Positions 18,155 through 26,934 of a DNA stretch of 64,000 bases are shown one piece after another (the stretch's first letter is position 1; every line of letters starts with the position of its first letter). The DNA comes from Minisyncoccia bacterium (GTDB taxonomy: Bacteria > Patescibacteriota > Minisyncoccia > Phycocordibacterales > Phycocordibacteraceae). Under the pieces are notes generated by a model. That model did not search any database and was not told where the DNA came from. It worked only from the letters and a program-made list of their open reading frames with translations. The stretch is from contig JBBQZW010000001.1 of NCBI GenBank assembly GCA_038207395.1, positions 77,530 to 141,529 on the forward strand, read 5' to 3'. Made by a program: the position numbers and the translations under genes.

Positions 18155-19351
18155 TCAAATGTTTTGAAGAAAGGTGGTGATTTCTTGTAGTGCAGGAATG
18201 AAACGCTCAAGGTCTAAAGCTGGTGTTTCGGGTCCCCAGGAAATACGCATGGTCGATTGTGCGAGTTCCTGATCCTGAGTATGTTCGTATACGGCGCGTG
18301 AACCGTCTTCTGAGTCAGTCTCGCAGGCACTCTTAGTTGATATGGCAAAACCCTCCGTATCAAGGAGTGTTATCGCATAGTCAGTATCCATTCCACGCAG
18401 TGAGATATTCAGAATATGCGGCGCTTGGCGCTTTCCTTGCGTGACATGAATGTTCGGGAGTAGTTCGGTTAGTGAAGCGATAAGATGCGCGCGCGCAGCG
18501 CGCGCATCTTCAGCAAAGTCTTCATATCCCCTCGCACACTCCGTTAGAGCTGCAGCGAATGCTGCAGCAAGTGCTACAGGCTCAGTACCAGGACGCAGAC
18601 CGGCCTCCTGACCTCCGCCAAACACAATTGGAGATATTGCTCGATGGTTCGGAACTATGAGAGCACCAATTCCTCGCACTCCTCCGACCTTCTGCGCATC
18701 GAGCGTCATAAGATCAGCTCCTAAGCGCGTTCGGTCTATCGATTCAATAAGGGGGAGCTGGCTTGCATCAACCTGTAATAACGCATGAGGCGCAGTATTC
18801 GTCAGAGTATCTAGCATTCTCTTCACTCGAAGAGTGTCATAGCGAATGCCTGTTTCTCCACACACGGCGTCAACACAGACGAGTACCGTCTGCGGACGAA
18901 TACGTGTTTCAAGTGCTTCGAGATCAATCGTATGATTACTAAGAGGTAGTGTCTCAATCTGTACTCCCTTTTTTGAAAAGGTGCGTAATGTTTCAATCAC
19001 TGAAGAGTGCATTGTTGGAAGATAGAGAATATGCATATCTTCGTACTTCATTCCTTTGTCGAAGCACGCCATGATTCTGCCTTGGATTGCGAGTGCATTT
19101 GCCTCTGTTGCCCCTGAAGTAAAAATGACTGCTCGAGACTTTACTCCAGCAAGGCGCGCGATATCAGTGCGTGAGGACTCAAGAAGGGCGCGCGCAGCGC
19201 GCCCTTCTTGATGGGGAGAAGAGGGATTACCAAAGTGATGCACTGCTTCAGAAAAAGCATTGAGCGCAGCGGTATGAACAGGCGCCGCTGAGGCCCAGTC
19301 AAGATATGCACGAGTATTCTTTTTAGCAGTAGTGAAAAGTCGGAATGCCAT
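18155..19351 (-). CDS. cysteine desulfurase (class V aminotransferase, IscS/NifS-like)
   Basis: 398 aa with a PLP-fold class V signature (..DLMTLDAQKVGGVRGIGALIV..) and the active-site Cys region (..STKSACETD..). Confidence 0.8.
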   Translation of the reverse strand: MAFRLFTTAKKNTRAYLDWASAAPVHTAALNAFSEAVHHFGNPSSPHQEGRAARALLESSRTDIARLAGVKSRAVIFTSGATEANALAIQGRIMACFDKGMKYEDMHILYLPTMHSSVIETLRTFSKKGVQIETLPLSNHTIDLEALETRIRPQTVLVCVDAVCGETGIRYDTLRVKRMLDTLTNTAPHALLQVDASQLPLIESIDRTRLGADLMTLDAQKVGGVRGIGALIVPNHRAISPIVFGGGQEAGLRPGTEPVALAAAFAAALTECARGYEDFAEDARAARAHLIASLTELLPNIHVTQGKRQAPHILNISLRGMDTDYAITLLDTEGFAISTKSACETDSEDGSRAVYEHTQDQELAQSTMRISWGPETPALDLERFIPALQEITTFLQNI

Positions 19352-19377
19352 AGAAGTATCTGTACTCTAACGCATAA

Positions 19378-20901
19378 TTGGTAAAAACTCATGTTTTGTG
19401 CCATAATTGCACCACTATGGCAGCATCTCCTCGTCCCCCTATCGTGGCCGTAATGGGTCACATTGACCATGGCAAATCTTCGCTATTGGATTATATCCGT
19501 AAGGCAAATGTCACTGCTGGTGAGGCTGGTGGTATTACTCAGCACGTTTCTGCATATGAAGCAGTTCACGAGCATGAGGGTCAAAGTCGTAGCATTACGT
19601 TTCTCGATACTCCAGGCCACGAGGCCTTTCGCGCACTCCGCGCTCGTGGTGCCGCTGCAGCAGATGTTGCCATTCTTGTTATTGCCGCTGAAGAAGGCGT
19701 AAAGCCGCAAACCCTCGAAGCGTATGAAGCGGCAACAGAAGCTGGCACACCTGTTATCGTTGCCTTTACTAAGATTGATAAGAATAGTGCTGACCTCGAG
19801 AAGGCAAAGTACTCTGCCGTTGAGCACGGTATTTACCTTGAAGGACTCGGTGGTTCAATCCCCTACACTGGTGTCTCAAGTAAATCAGGTGAAGGCGTTC
19901 CTGAACTTCTTGACCTAGTACTCCTTACGGCAGACCTCGCCGAACTCACCGCAGATACTGAGACCCTTGCAGATGGATTCATTCTTGAGTCATCACAGGA
20001 TCCAAAGCGCGGTCTCTCCGCAACATTGATTATTAAAAACGGTACGCTTCATACGGGAGAATTTGTAGTTGCTGGTAAGGCAATGGCGCCCGTTCGTTTT
20101 ATTGAGAACTTTCTTACTGCTCGCATTCCTGAAGCAACACTTTCTCAACCCGTTCGTATTTCAGGATGGAGTGATCTTCCGCCTGCAGGAACGCCCTTTA
20201 GTACCGTCGCCACAAAGAAAGAAGCTGAGTTCCTTGTCGAAACGAGTGTCCAAGGGGTAATGACGTCCTATGCGCTTTCTGAGGCTGCTGAAGGAAATGT
20301 TGAACTCCCACTCATTCTAAAGACCGATGTGAGTGGCAGTCTTGAGGCCATAAAGCACGAACTACGTAAAATTACTCACGATCGTGTTGGAATTCGCATA
20401 GTATCTGAAAGTATTGGTGCAGTATCGGAAGGTGATGTTAAGTCTGCAGCTGCTTCTGGAGCGCATATTATCGCCTTTACCGTCGGCACTGACAGTAACG
20501 CGCGTGATCTCGCTGAGCGTACCGGCATTTCCATAGAATCGTTCTCAATTATCTATGAACTCTTTGAGCGAGTAAAAACACTCGTTGATGAACGTGCTCC
20601 TCAGATTACCGTTGAGGAAATTCTTGGAGAAGCGAAAGTCCTTAAATCCTTTAGCGTAGCCGGAAATAAGCATGTGCTTGGAGCAAAGTGGGTCTCAGGA
20701 CTTCTCACCCCTGGAGACCTCGTGAAAGTTGACCGCCGTGGTATTCCTCTTGGAAACGGTAAGCTCACCAACCTTCAAGTAGCCCGTTCAGATGTAAAGG
20801 AAATAAAGATGGAAGGAGAATTTGGTCTCCAGGTAGAAACTAAAGCTGACATTGCTGCGGGTGATACATTAGTTGCCTTTAAGGTAGTAACGCGCAAATA
20901 G
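19378..20901 (+). CDS. infB: translation initiation factor IF-2 (short form)
   Basis: 507 aa with a GTPase G domain (VMGHIDHGKSSLLD..DTPGHEAF..TKIDK) and IF-2 C-terminal beta-barrels, followed by rbfA. The true start may be the internal Met at 19417. Confidence 0.85.
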   Translation: MVKTHVLCHNCTTMAASPRPPIVAVMGHIDHGKSSLLDYIRKANVTAGEAGGITQHVSAYEAVHEHEGQSRSITFLDTPGHEAFRALRARGAAAADVAILVIAAEEGVKPQTLEAYEAATEAGTPVIVAFTKIDKNSADLEKAKYSAVEHGIYLEGLGGSIPYTGVSSKSGEGVPELLDLVLLTADLAELTADTETLADGFILESSQDPKRGLSATLIIKNGTLHTGEFVVAGKAMAPVRFIENFLTARIPEATLSQPVRISGWSDLPPAGTPFSTVATKKEAEFLVETSVQGVMTSYALSEAAEGNVELPLILKTDVSGSLEAIKHELRKITHDRVGIRIVSESIGAVSEGDVKSAAASGAHIIAFTVGTDSNARDLAERTGISIESFSIIYELFERVKTLVDERAPQITVEEILGEAKVLKSFSVAGNKHVLGAKWVSGLLTPGDLVKVDRRGIPLGNGKLTNLQVARSDVKEIKMEGEFGLQVETKADIAAGDTLVAFKVVTRK

Positions 20902-20902
20902 T

Positions 20903-21295
20903 ATGGAACGTTCTCGTCCTTCGCGTGGAGCTAATTTCAAGGGTGTAAAGAAGTCACTTATGGTGACCGAGCTTGCTGCGCAGTACATTGCACGCGAAGC
21001 AGGCCGCACCACGCTCATCACTCCCACACGTACTGACCTTGGGCGCGACGGTAAGCATGCGACCATTTTCGTAAGTGTCTTCCCTGCAGAAGAGGCGGAT
21101 CATGCTATTACCTTTCTTATGCGTCATAAAGATCTTTTTCGTACCTGGTTAAAAACGCACGCACGCTTCCCTGTTCTTCCATACATCAAATTTGAAATTG
21201 ACTATGGAGAAAGGAATCGTCAACGTCTTGATGAGTTAGCTTCTGAAGTAGGTGAAATTAAGCCTGAGGAAGATTCTAGTTCTGAGGAAGAGTAA
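20903..21295 (+). CDS. rbfA: ribosome-binding factor A
   Basis: 130 aa with a KH-like RbfA fold signature (..TLITPTRTDLGRDGKHATIFVSV..). Shows the conserved infB-rbfA synteny. Confidence 0.8.
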   Translation: MERSRPSRGANFKGVKKSLMVTELAAQYIAREAGRTTLITPTRTDLGRDGKHATIFVSVFPAEEADHAITFLMRHKDLFRTWLKTHARFPVLPYIKFEIDYGERNRQRLDELASEVGEIKPEEDSSSEEE

Positions 21296-21432
21296 TCCCT
21301 GCAGTAGCCGCTAATAATCTAAACCGTTTCAATATTTCCAAGAAATCGGTCCATTTTGGTGATAAAGATCTCTTCGAGCTTTGTAATATCCCGATCTGTA
21401 ATCATTACAGAATATGCTACCATGCGCATATT

Positions 21433-21504
21433 GGCTCAGTGGCGAAGTAGAAACGCGGCGGATTGCAAACCCGCCATGCACGGATGCGATTTCCGTCTGG
21501 GCCT
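21433..21504 (+). tRNA. tRNA-Cys (anticodon GCA)
   Basis: Acceptor GGCTCAG/CTGGGCC (one G-U), anticodon stem GCGG/CCGC with loop TTGCAAA, and T arm ACGGA-TGCGATT-TCCGT (unusual T loop). Confidence 0.55.
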
Positions 21505-21607
21505 CAAAATAGTTTGAAGAATATAGGTCGAAAATGAAATAATTCTAAACCACTTCTTTTAAAGTGGGGGTAAAGCGAGTACTATTGCTTAGCAGGAGTA
21601 CGATATT

Positions 21608-21690
21608 GCCGGGGTGATGGAATGGTAGACATAAGGGACTTAAACTCCCTAGACAGCAATGTCGTGCGGGTTCGAGTCCCGCTCCCGGTA
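21608..21690 (+). tRNA. tRNA-Leu (anticodon UAA)
   Basis: Acceptor GCCGGGG/TCCCGGT, anticodon arm AGGGA-CTTAAAC-TCCCT, long variable arm (GACAGCAATGTC) and T arm GCGGG-TTCGAGT-CCCGC. Confidence 0.75.
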
Positions 21691-22605
21691 CTAAAATCGC
21701 GTGAGAAAATCCTTGTACTGCACTTTCTTTCCGTGTAGTACCTCAACATACAATTCCTGGAGTTGTTTCGTCGTGCCTCCAATCTTACCTTCTCCAACTA
21801 TTCGCCCATCGATCTCAATAATGGGCGTCAAAGACGCTGACGTGCCACACGCAAATACTTCGTCGGCGACATAGAGTTCAGTAAGATCAATACTTCGTTC
21901 AACGGTTTGTATACCCACGTCTTGAGCAAGCGTTAGAATAGTTGCTCGGCTAATACCTTCTAAGATGTCGTTTGCTTGGCCTGGCGTGTGTAGTACCCCA
22001 TCTCGTACGAGGAAGATGTTCGCAGCAGACAGTTCACAAACATGCCCAGCTACATCCAGAAATACGCAGTCATCATAGCCACTATCTAATGCATCCTGGC
22101 GTGCGAGTACTGAGTTTACGTACGCACCATTTACTTTTGCGCGGGAAGGGATGGAAAAATCCGGGACTCGACGCCATACACTTGTTTTCAAACGCGCCCC
22201 ATCTTTAGGTAGAATGTGTGCCGCTTCATATACAAAAATGCTTAGTTTCGTATTGAGTCCTCGTGAGCGTACTCCTGGTATTAGGTCCGTTACGTGTATC
22301 GTTACACGCACAAATACATTTTCGTTCACGCCATTTGCAGTAATTACTTCTTGCGCAGCATGGTACAAATCTTCCTCTGTTACTTTTGCATCTATACCGA
22401 TGATACGTGCAGAATTCGTTAGACGTGTAGCGTGTTCTCTAAGGCGAAATCCATACAACACATCACCGTTCTTACATACAGGGAATACGGTATACACGCT
22501 AAGACCGTATAGCACTGCTGAACTTGCAACACTTACATTCGCTTCTGAGAGCGGTACGATATTTCCGTCGAAATATGCCTTATCGTATATACGAGCCATG
22601 AGCAC
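21691..22605 (-). CDS. class IV PLP aminotransferase (branched-chain amino acid or D-amino acid aminotransferase)
   Basis: 304 aa with the BCAT/DAAT fold (..LYGLSVYTVFPV..GVRSRGLN..ELSAANIFLV..). Substrate specificity cannot be assigned from sequence alone. Its stop codon abuts the 3' end of tRNA-Leu. Confidence 0.75.
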   Translation of the reverse strand: MLMARIYDKAYFDGNIVPLSEANVSVASSAVLYGLSVYTVFPVCKNGDVLYGFRLREHATRLTNSARIIGIDAKVTEEDLYHAAQEVITANGVNENVFVRVTIHVTDLIPGVRSRGLNTKLSIFVYEAAHILPKDGARLKTSVWRRVPDFSIPSRAKVNGAYVNSVLARQDALDSGYDDCVFLDVAGHVCELSAANIFLVRDGVLHTPGQANDILEGISRATILTLAQDVGIQTVERSIDLTELYVADEVFACGTSASLTPIIEIDGRIVGEGKIGGTTKQLQELYVEVLHGKKVQYKDFLTRF

Positions 22606-22684
22606 TAGTGTAGCATCTGGCAGAACAGGCCTGTACGTGTCCCTGCATTGAAATGTTGGCGCATTTCCTATACTATTTTCAAAT

Positions 22685-22757
22685 GCACCTATAGCTCAGT
22701 CGGTAGAGCAACTGCCTCTTAAGCAGTGGGTCCCAGGTTCGAGCCCTGGTGGGTGCA
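22685..22757 (+). tRNA. tRNA-Lys (anticodon CUU)
   Basis: Acceptor GCACCTA/TGGGTGC, anticodon arm ACTGC-CTCTTAA-GCAGT and T arm CCAGG-TTCGAGC-CCTGG. Confidence 0.8.
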
Positions 22758-22829
22758 CCTGCAATCAATCTGAAAGCCGCAGCCGTGCGGCTTTCCTTGT
22801 TACCAATATTCGGCTATGCTGTGAGAAGC

Positions 22830-22910
22830 GCTGGAGTGGCGAAATGGTATACGCGCCTGCCTTAGGAGCAGGTGGGGCAACCCGTGGAGGTTCAAGTCCT
22901 CTCTCCAGCA
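22830..22910 (+). tRNA. tRNA-Leu (anticodon UAG)
   Basis: Acceptor GCTGGAG/CTCCAGC, anticodon arm CCTGC-CTTAGGA-GCAGG, long variable arm (TGGGGCAACCCGT) and T arm GGAGG-TTCAAGT-CCTCT. Confidence 0.75.
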
Positions 22911-22915
22911 CACTA

Positions 22916-22950
22916 TTGACTTTTGAGCAAATTTACTATATAGTAAATTT
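22916..22950 (+). promoter_or_regulatory. sigma-70-like promoter overlapped by a perfect 22-bp palindrome (operator-like)
   Basis: TTGACT (22916-22921), a 17-nt spacer and TATAGT (22939-22944). The -10 element lies inside the perfect palindrome AAATTTACTATATAGTAAATTT (22929-22950). An AGAGGAGA RBS precedes the ATG at 22994. Confidence 0.5.
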
Positions 22951-22993
22951 TAGATATATGGCCTTTGCCATACTTACATAGAGGAGAAATCGC

Positions 22994-24241
22994 ATGTCGA
23001 TTCAATCAGTTGTTGAAAGTGCCTTCGGGTACGAAGACGTAAGTAACTCGCTCTGGAATATCATTTATTCCCTATTTGCTGCAGGCGTTATGCTTGTGTG
23101 TTTTGGGGTGTGGGTGGCATTCAGCGAAAGTTCGTTGGTATGGTATTTCCATTTTGGAACTGCCGCCGCCTATGCGGCTATCGGCCTCGTGCTTATTTCC
23201 GCTGGATTATTTCTTGCGGAAACGGGACAGGTGACTGTTCCCGCGAACCCGGTTAGCGCTGCAATCCTCACTATCTGGGGGAAACGGCTTGAAGTCCTCG
23301 TTCGCGAGGGTAGAGTGTTGCGTTTTAATTTCTGGCCGTTCTACATCGACTACATCATTGTCGACGTGAGCGAGCAGAACCTTCCGTTTTGTTTCACCCA
23401 AGTACGTTGCGCAGCAACGTACGACTACAGTCTTTCTCCCGGGCAACGGCAAGCCGTTACCGGTGGTACGGTGTCTGTTTCGGTCTCAATGACCGTGACG
23501 CCAAACACCGATGACGCCAAAAGGATTATCAAGTATTTGAACTACGGCGGCATCGAGAAAATCAAACAAGTGCTCGAGGAAGTTACCAGCGAAGGGGTGC
23601 GCCACACGGCCATCAAATATGACTGGGAAACCTTTGTCGGCATGAAAGCAGCGCTTACCGTTATGCTGCTGGTAAAAATATCTGAAGTCGATTTCCGCAA
23701 CCTTAAGACGAATAGTCAAGGTTTGGTAGATGAATCGATGTACGATATTACCCCAGACGGGTACAAAGAGCTCGGCTATGTTACTGATCCGATCGCTTAT
23801 CTGTTTCCTGAACGAATTCAGGGTGCGGAGAAAACACCGGAGGAATTAATCGACGAAAAACGTAAGGAGCAAGAAATTGAAATATTCTTGCGAATCGCCC
23901 GTATTCAGGATCTCGCAGATATTATGGATTTGGGCGTGAAAATTGCCCGGCTCAACATTCCTGCTATTGAACCTGAAGGAGCTGCTGACGAAGGCGCTGA
24001 ACTCGCTGCACGTGAAGCAAAAGAACGTGAAGCAGAACTCGCCGATACTCGAACAACTACCATGCGTGCAGATGCGATCGTAGAAGCTTCAAAAGGAGAA
24101 GACAACAAGCCGACTATTTCTTATGAACGTGCGCTCGAAATTGTTCGTATTGGCAGAGGCCAAGCCAAGGAGATCATAATCCGTGGCGGTGGCGAACTTA
24201 CCGGTGCGGCTGCAATCGTCGCAGGCAACCTCAACAAATAG
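22994..24241 (+). CDS. SPFH/Band-7 (stomatin/flotillin-like) domain membrane protein
   Basis: 415 aa with N-terminal TM helices, an SPFH-like core (..GKRLEVLVREGRVLRFNFWPFYIDYIIVDVSEQNLPF..) and a long Ala/Glu-rich coiled-coil C-terminus. Confidence 0.5.
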   Translation: MSIQSVVESAFGYEDVSNSLWNIIYSLFAAGVMLVCFGVWVAFSESSLVWYFHFGTAAAYAAIGLVLISAGLFLAETGQVTVPANPVSAAILTIWGKRLEVLVREGRVLRFNFWPFYIDYIIVDVSEQNLPFCFTQVRCAATYDYSLSPGQRQAVTGGTVSVSVSMTVTPNTDDAKRIIKYLNYGGIEKIKQVLEEVTSEGVRHTAIKYDWETFVGMKAALTVMLLVKISEVDFRNLKTNSQGLVDESMYDITPDGYKELGYVTDPIAYLFPERIQGAEKTPEELIDEKRKEQEIEIFLRIARIQDLADIMDLGVKIARLNIPAIEPEGAADEGAELAAREAKEREAELADTRTTTMRADAIVEASKGEDNKPTISYERALEIVRIGRGQAKEIIIRGGGELTGAAAIVAGNLNK

Positions 24242-24250
24242 GAGAAACCT

Positions 24251-24793
24251 ATGTCTTCAGGAAAATCAACTCCCTGGTATAAACGTATTCTTGTTACGGT
24301 TATCCCAGTGGTGATATTCGTCCTGCTTATCATTGTCGCTATTAACTCCCTCTCTTCGAGCTTCGGCTCAGGCGGCGCGGAAACTTCCGCGCGCACTCAG
24401 TCTGACTCGATGAGAAAAGGAGGAGGTGCTGCAACGGCGTCGCCGCAAGCAGCATCTAACGCGCTCAATACCATGTGCGCGGCGTACAGTCTGGCACCCC
24501 AGCACTGCACGCTCAAACCATTCGTGCATGGACAGGGATATATCGGATTCGTTCGTGACGCCCCTGATCATGCACGCATGTGCACATCGCTTGCCGATGA
24601 CCTTCCATCCACTCCGGTTGAGAAAAGGGTTATCAAGGAAACTTGGTACCTGCTCACTGACGGAAAAGAAGTGAAGGTTGAACCAGGACAAGCAAAGCCG
24701 GAAAATATCTTCGCGATTGAAACGATTCCGACCCAAGAAGTCAGTTTCGTATACTATCTGGCAGAAAGTGACTGCAAGATGGTTCCCTCGTAA
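24251..24793 (+). CDS. hypothetical membrane-anchored protein
   Basis: 180 aa with a single N-terminal TM (ILVTVIPVVIFVLLIIVAI) and an extracytoplasmic Cys-containing domain. Immediately downstream of the SPFH gene, so possibly a partner protein. Confidence 0.45.
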   Translation: MSSGKSTPWYKRILVTVIPVVIFVLLIIVAINSLSSSFGSGGAETSARTQSDSMRKGGGAATASPQAASNALNTMCAAYSLAPQHCTLKPFVHGQGYIGFVRDAPDHARMCTSLADDLPSTPVEKRVIKETWYLLTDGKEVKVEPGQAKPENIFAIETIPTQEVSFVYYLAESDCKMVPS

Positions 24794-24815
24794 GATCTTT
24801 CGTGAACAACTATAC

Positions 24816-24850
24816 ACCGGCCCCTTTCTACTAAGGGGCCGGTTTTCTTT
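24816..24850. terminator. bidirectional rho-independent terminator
   Basis: Hairpin CCGGCCCCTT-tctact-AAGGGGCCGG followed by TTTTCTTT. Separates the convergent plus-strand SPFH pair from the minus-strand pilin array. Confidence 0.65.
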
Positions 24851-25124
24851 ATCCCCCTACAACCTTCCTTAGTATCTCTACAATCGTTCGTGCTCCAAAG
24901 AGTATCGTAAGCCCCACAAGACCATATATGAGGTGCTGCTGGCCTGTTTTTCGCTTCTCTTCATTATCGGCACCGCGTATAAACTCAAACACTCCATAGG
25001 CAAAAAGAATGAAGGCGAGTAAGGCCAAAACGGTTATTGCCGGGTTAATAATTTGATCTTGAACTTTTGTGACAAAGGCGTGAAAGGAATCCATTAGGGT
25101 AATAATAGCAGAAGCCCGCGGCAT
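24849..25124 (-). CDS. small 2-TM pilin-like protein (TrbC/VirB2-like), paralog 1 of 5
   Basis: 91 aa with TM1, the loop GADNEEKRKTGQQ and TM2. The last gene of the tandem array. Confidence 0.6.
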   Translation of the reverse strand: MPRASAIITLMDSFHAFVTKVQDQIINPAITVLALLAFILFAYGVFEFIRGADNEEKRKTGQQHLIYGLVGLTILFGARTIVEILRKVVGG

Positions 25125-25161
25125 TGCCGCGGGCTTCTGGTGGAGAATACTGAATCTTCAG

Positions 25162-25548
25162 CTAGTTAGAAACGCGTATGTTATCAGCGCTAGGCAAACC
25201 GTTTCCTGGAACAGGACGGTTGTTGTTAAGTCCTACGGTTCCCGTAAGAATACGAACAAGTCCCCATACTGAAACCATAACAAAGAAACCAATAATGCCA
25301 TAAATCATTACCTGCTTTCCCTTATCACGCTTCTCTGCATCTGCTGCTCCCGCAATGAAGTACATGAAGATACCAACAATGAACACAATGAAGGCGAGCG
25401 CGAAGACGAGAGGAACGGCAATGTTGTTAATGAAGTCAACAACAAACTTTGAGAGATCCTGGATGCTGTTAATTGACTGGCCTGGCGCCTGCGCAAACGC
25501 AAGAGCGGGAACGAAGAGCGAAAGGCCTGCTAGGGCAAACTTTTTCAT
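25162..25548 (-). CDS. small 2-TM pilin-like protein, paralog 2 of 5
   Basis: 128 aa with a signal peptide (..ALAFAQA), TM1, the loop AGAADAEKRDKGKQ, TM2 (..VWGLV) and a short C-terminal tail. Confidence 0.6.
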   Translation of the reverse strand: MKKFALAGLSLFVPALAFAQAPGQSINSIQDLSKFVVDFINNIAVPLVFALAFIVFIVGIFMYFIAGAADAEKRDKGKQVMIYGIIGFFVMVSVWGLVRILTGTVGLNNNRPVPGNGLPSADNIRVSN

Positions 25549-25646
25549 ACGATAAGTAGGGATTCAATAAGTAGTACTTGTTAAGCATAAACCTCTGAGG
25601 CGTAGCGTCAATGCATGCCTGGGGACGGAGCCCTGGCAAGAATGAA

Positions 25647-26093
25647 CTAATTTTTGATTTGTCCTCCGTACGCACTACAGTCTGCAGCACTCACTTTTAC
25701 TGAGCTGCCTGAAGACAGCACACAGGTAATGCCTGTTTGACCAGGGGCGGTGAAGTCATTTGGTAGTCCACGGGTGTCAGAGGCGCCCGTTCCTGAACAA
25801 TTACTTGTCTCACTGAACGTAGGGAGACACGGACGATTCGTATTATCAAATCCAAAAGTGTTTACCACTAAGTTTACGAGTCCCCATACTGACATCATGA
25901 CCGCAAAGCCAATCACTGAGTACAGAATAATCTGCCCCCCCGTGGCGCGCTTCTCAGGATTGTCTGCGCCCGCAATCATGTAGCGGAACACGCCGAACAA
26001 GAAGATGATGAAGGCAACAGCAAATACGAGTGGCACCAATACGTTATTAATAAAATCAATGAATGAGACTATGATTGCCGTGATCTTTGCCAT
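25647..26093 (-). CDS. small 2-TM pilin-like protein, paralog 3 of 5
   Basis: 148 aa with TM1, the loop AGADNPEKRATGGQ, TM2 (..VWGLV) and a Cys-containing C-terminal tail of about 70 aa. Confidence 0.6.
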   Translation of the reverse strand: MAKITAIIVSFIDFINNVLVPLVFAVAFIIFLFGVFRYMIAGADNPEKRATGGQIILYSVIGFAVMMSVWGLVNLVVNTFGFDNTNRPCLPTFSETSNCSGTGASDTRGLPNDFTAPGQTGITCVLSSGSSVKVSAADCSAYGGQIKN

Positions 26094-26110
26094 ACAAAAA
26101 GTATACCGTG

Positions 26111-26437
26111 TTAGGTGTTAAAACTTCCGAGAATGCCGAGCATTACGCGCACAAATCCCCACACCGCAAAGAGTGCTACAAAACCGATAATTCCGTATAT
26201 AGCAAAATACTTCCCCTTTTCTCGATTTTCAGGGTTTGCTGAAAAGAAAAGTCGCACCATGCCGATGAGAAATACGATAAATGAGAGTGCATATAGGAGC
26301 GTGATAATAGTGTTCCCAAAAGGCACTACTTGCGTGTCAACAATTTCTTTAAAGGATTTTGCGTAGGTAGTCACTGGGATCAGTGCTGCTGACACGACGG
26401 GCAATGCGCCAAGTGAAAGATTCGATATCCTACTCAT
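26111..26437 (-). CDS. small 2-TM pilin-like protein, paralog 4 of 5
   Basis: 108 aa with TM1, the loop SANPENREKGK and TM2 (..VWGFV). Confidence 0.55.
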   Translation of the reverse strand: MSRISNLSLGALPVVSAALIPVTTYAKSFKEIVDTQVVPFGNTIITLLYALSFIVFLIGMVRLFFSANPENREKGKYFAIYGIIGFVALFAVWGFVRVMLGILGSFNT

Positions 26438-26934
26438 GGTCGTAGCGAGGTAACGGTTGAAGTAATTACTTCTTTGATGGCTGCAGCTCCAAGGATTATC
26501 AGCCCTCCAATAATCGTGAACATGAGTGCTCTTCGTGCCTTACTAATATTTTCTTCATTACCTCGTGCAGCAACGAATAGAAAACCCGTATAGATAAGTG
26601 CGAGCGTAAGAATGATGCTTCCGAGCTCAATAGCGGCAGCTAGCAGACCGTCGAGTAGTTCATTAAGTGAATTGAATTTGAGTGGATTTGCAAGCCTACC
26701 AGCATTTGAGGTTTCTCCCTGGTCTGTTGGATTATTGTTAGTTACTCCTTGCCCAGTTGGAGAGCCTATATTTCCATTAGTAGAAGGAGTGTTTGAGATT
26801 CCTCCTTTACCATTTTCCGCATGAGTCACTGTGGGCAAAGAACTTATACTTACGCCTAGGGTAAGAAGTACCGCAATTGTTAGGCCGGCAATCTTTGTTA
26901 CAAGATGTGCAGATCGATAATTAGAATGAGGCAT
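26434..26934 (-). CDS. small 2-TM pilin-like protein, paralog 5 of 5, with a Gly/Asn/Thr-rich N-terminal extension
   Basis: 166 aa with a signal/TM, a low-complexity G/N/T-rich spacer, TM1, the loop ARGNEENISKARR and TM2. The SKAR loop matches the loops of the large paralogs A and B. Overlaps the upstream SBP-like gene by a few nucleotides. Confidence 0.55.
   Translation of the reverse strand: MPHSNYRSAHLVTKIAGLTIAVLLTLGVSISSLPTVTHAENGKGGISNTPSTNGNIGSPTGQGVTNNNPTDQGETSNAGRLANPLKFNSLNELLDGLLAAAIELGSIILTLALIYTGFLFVAARGNEENISKARRALMFTIIGGLIILGAAAIKEVITSTVTSLRP

Noticed and set aside
24849-26934. Classical type IV (PilA-type) pilins or Flp pilins as the identity of the small 2-TM proteins.
   Set aside because: There is no prepilin-peptidase cleavage motif (G/FTLIE) and no Flp G/XXXXEY motif at the N-terminus. 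The architecture is two TM helices around a short basic loop, which fits TrbC/VirB2-like pilins better.
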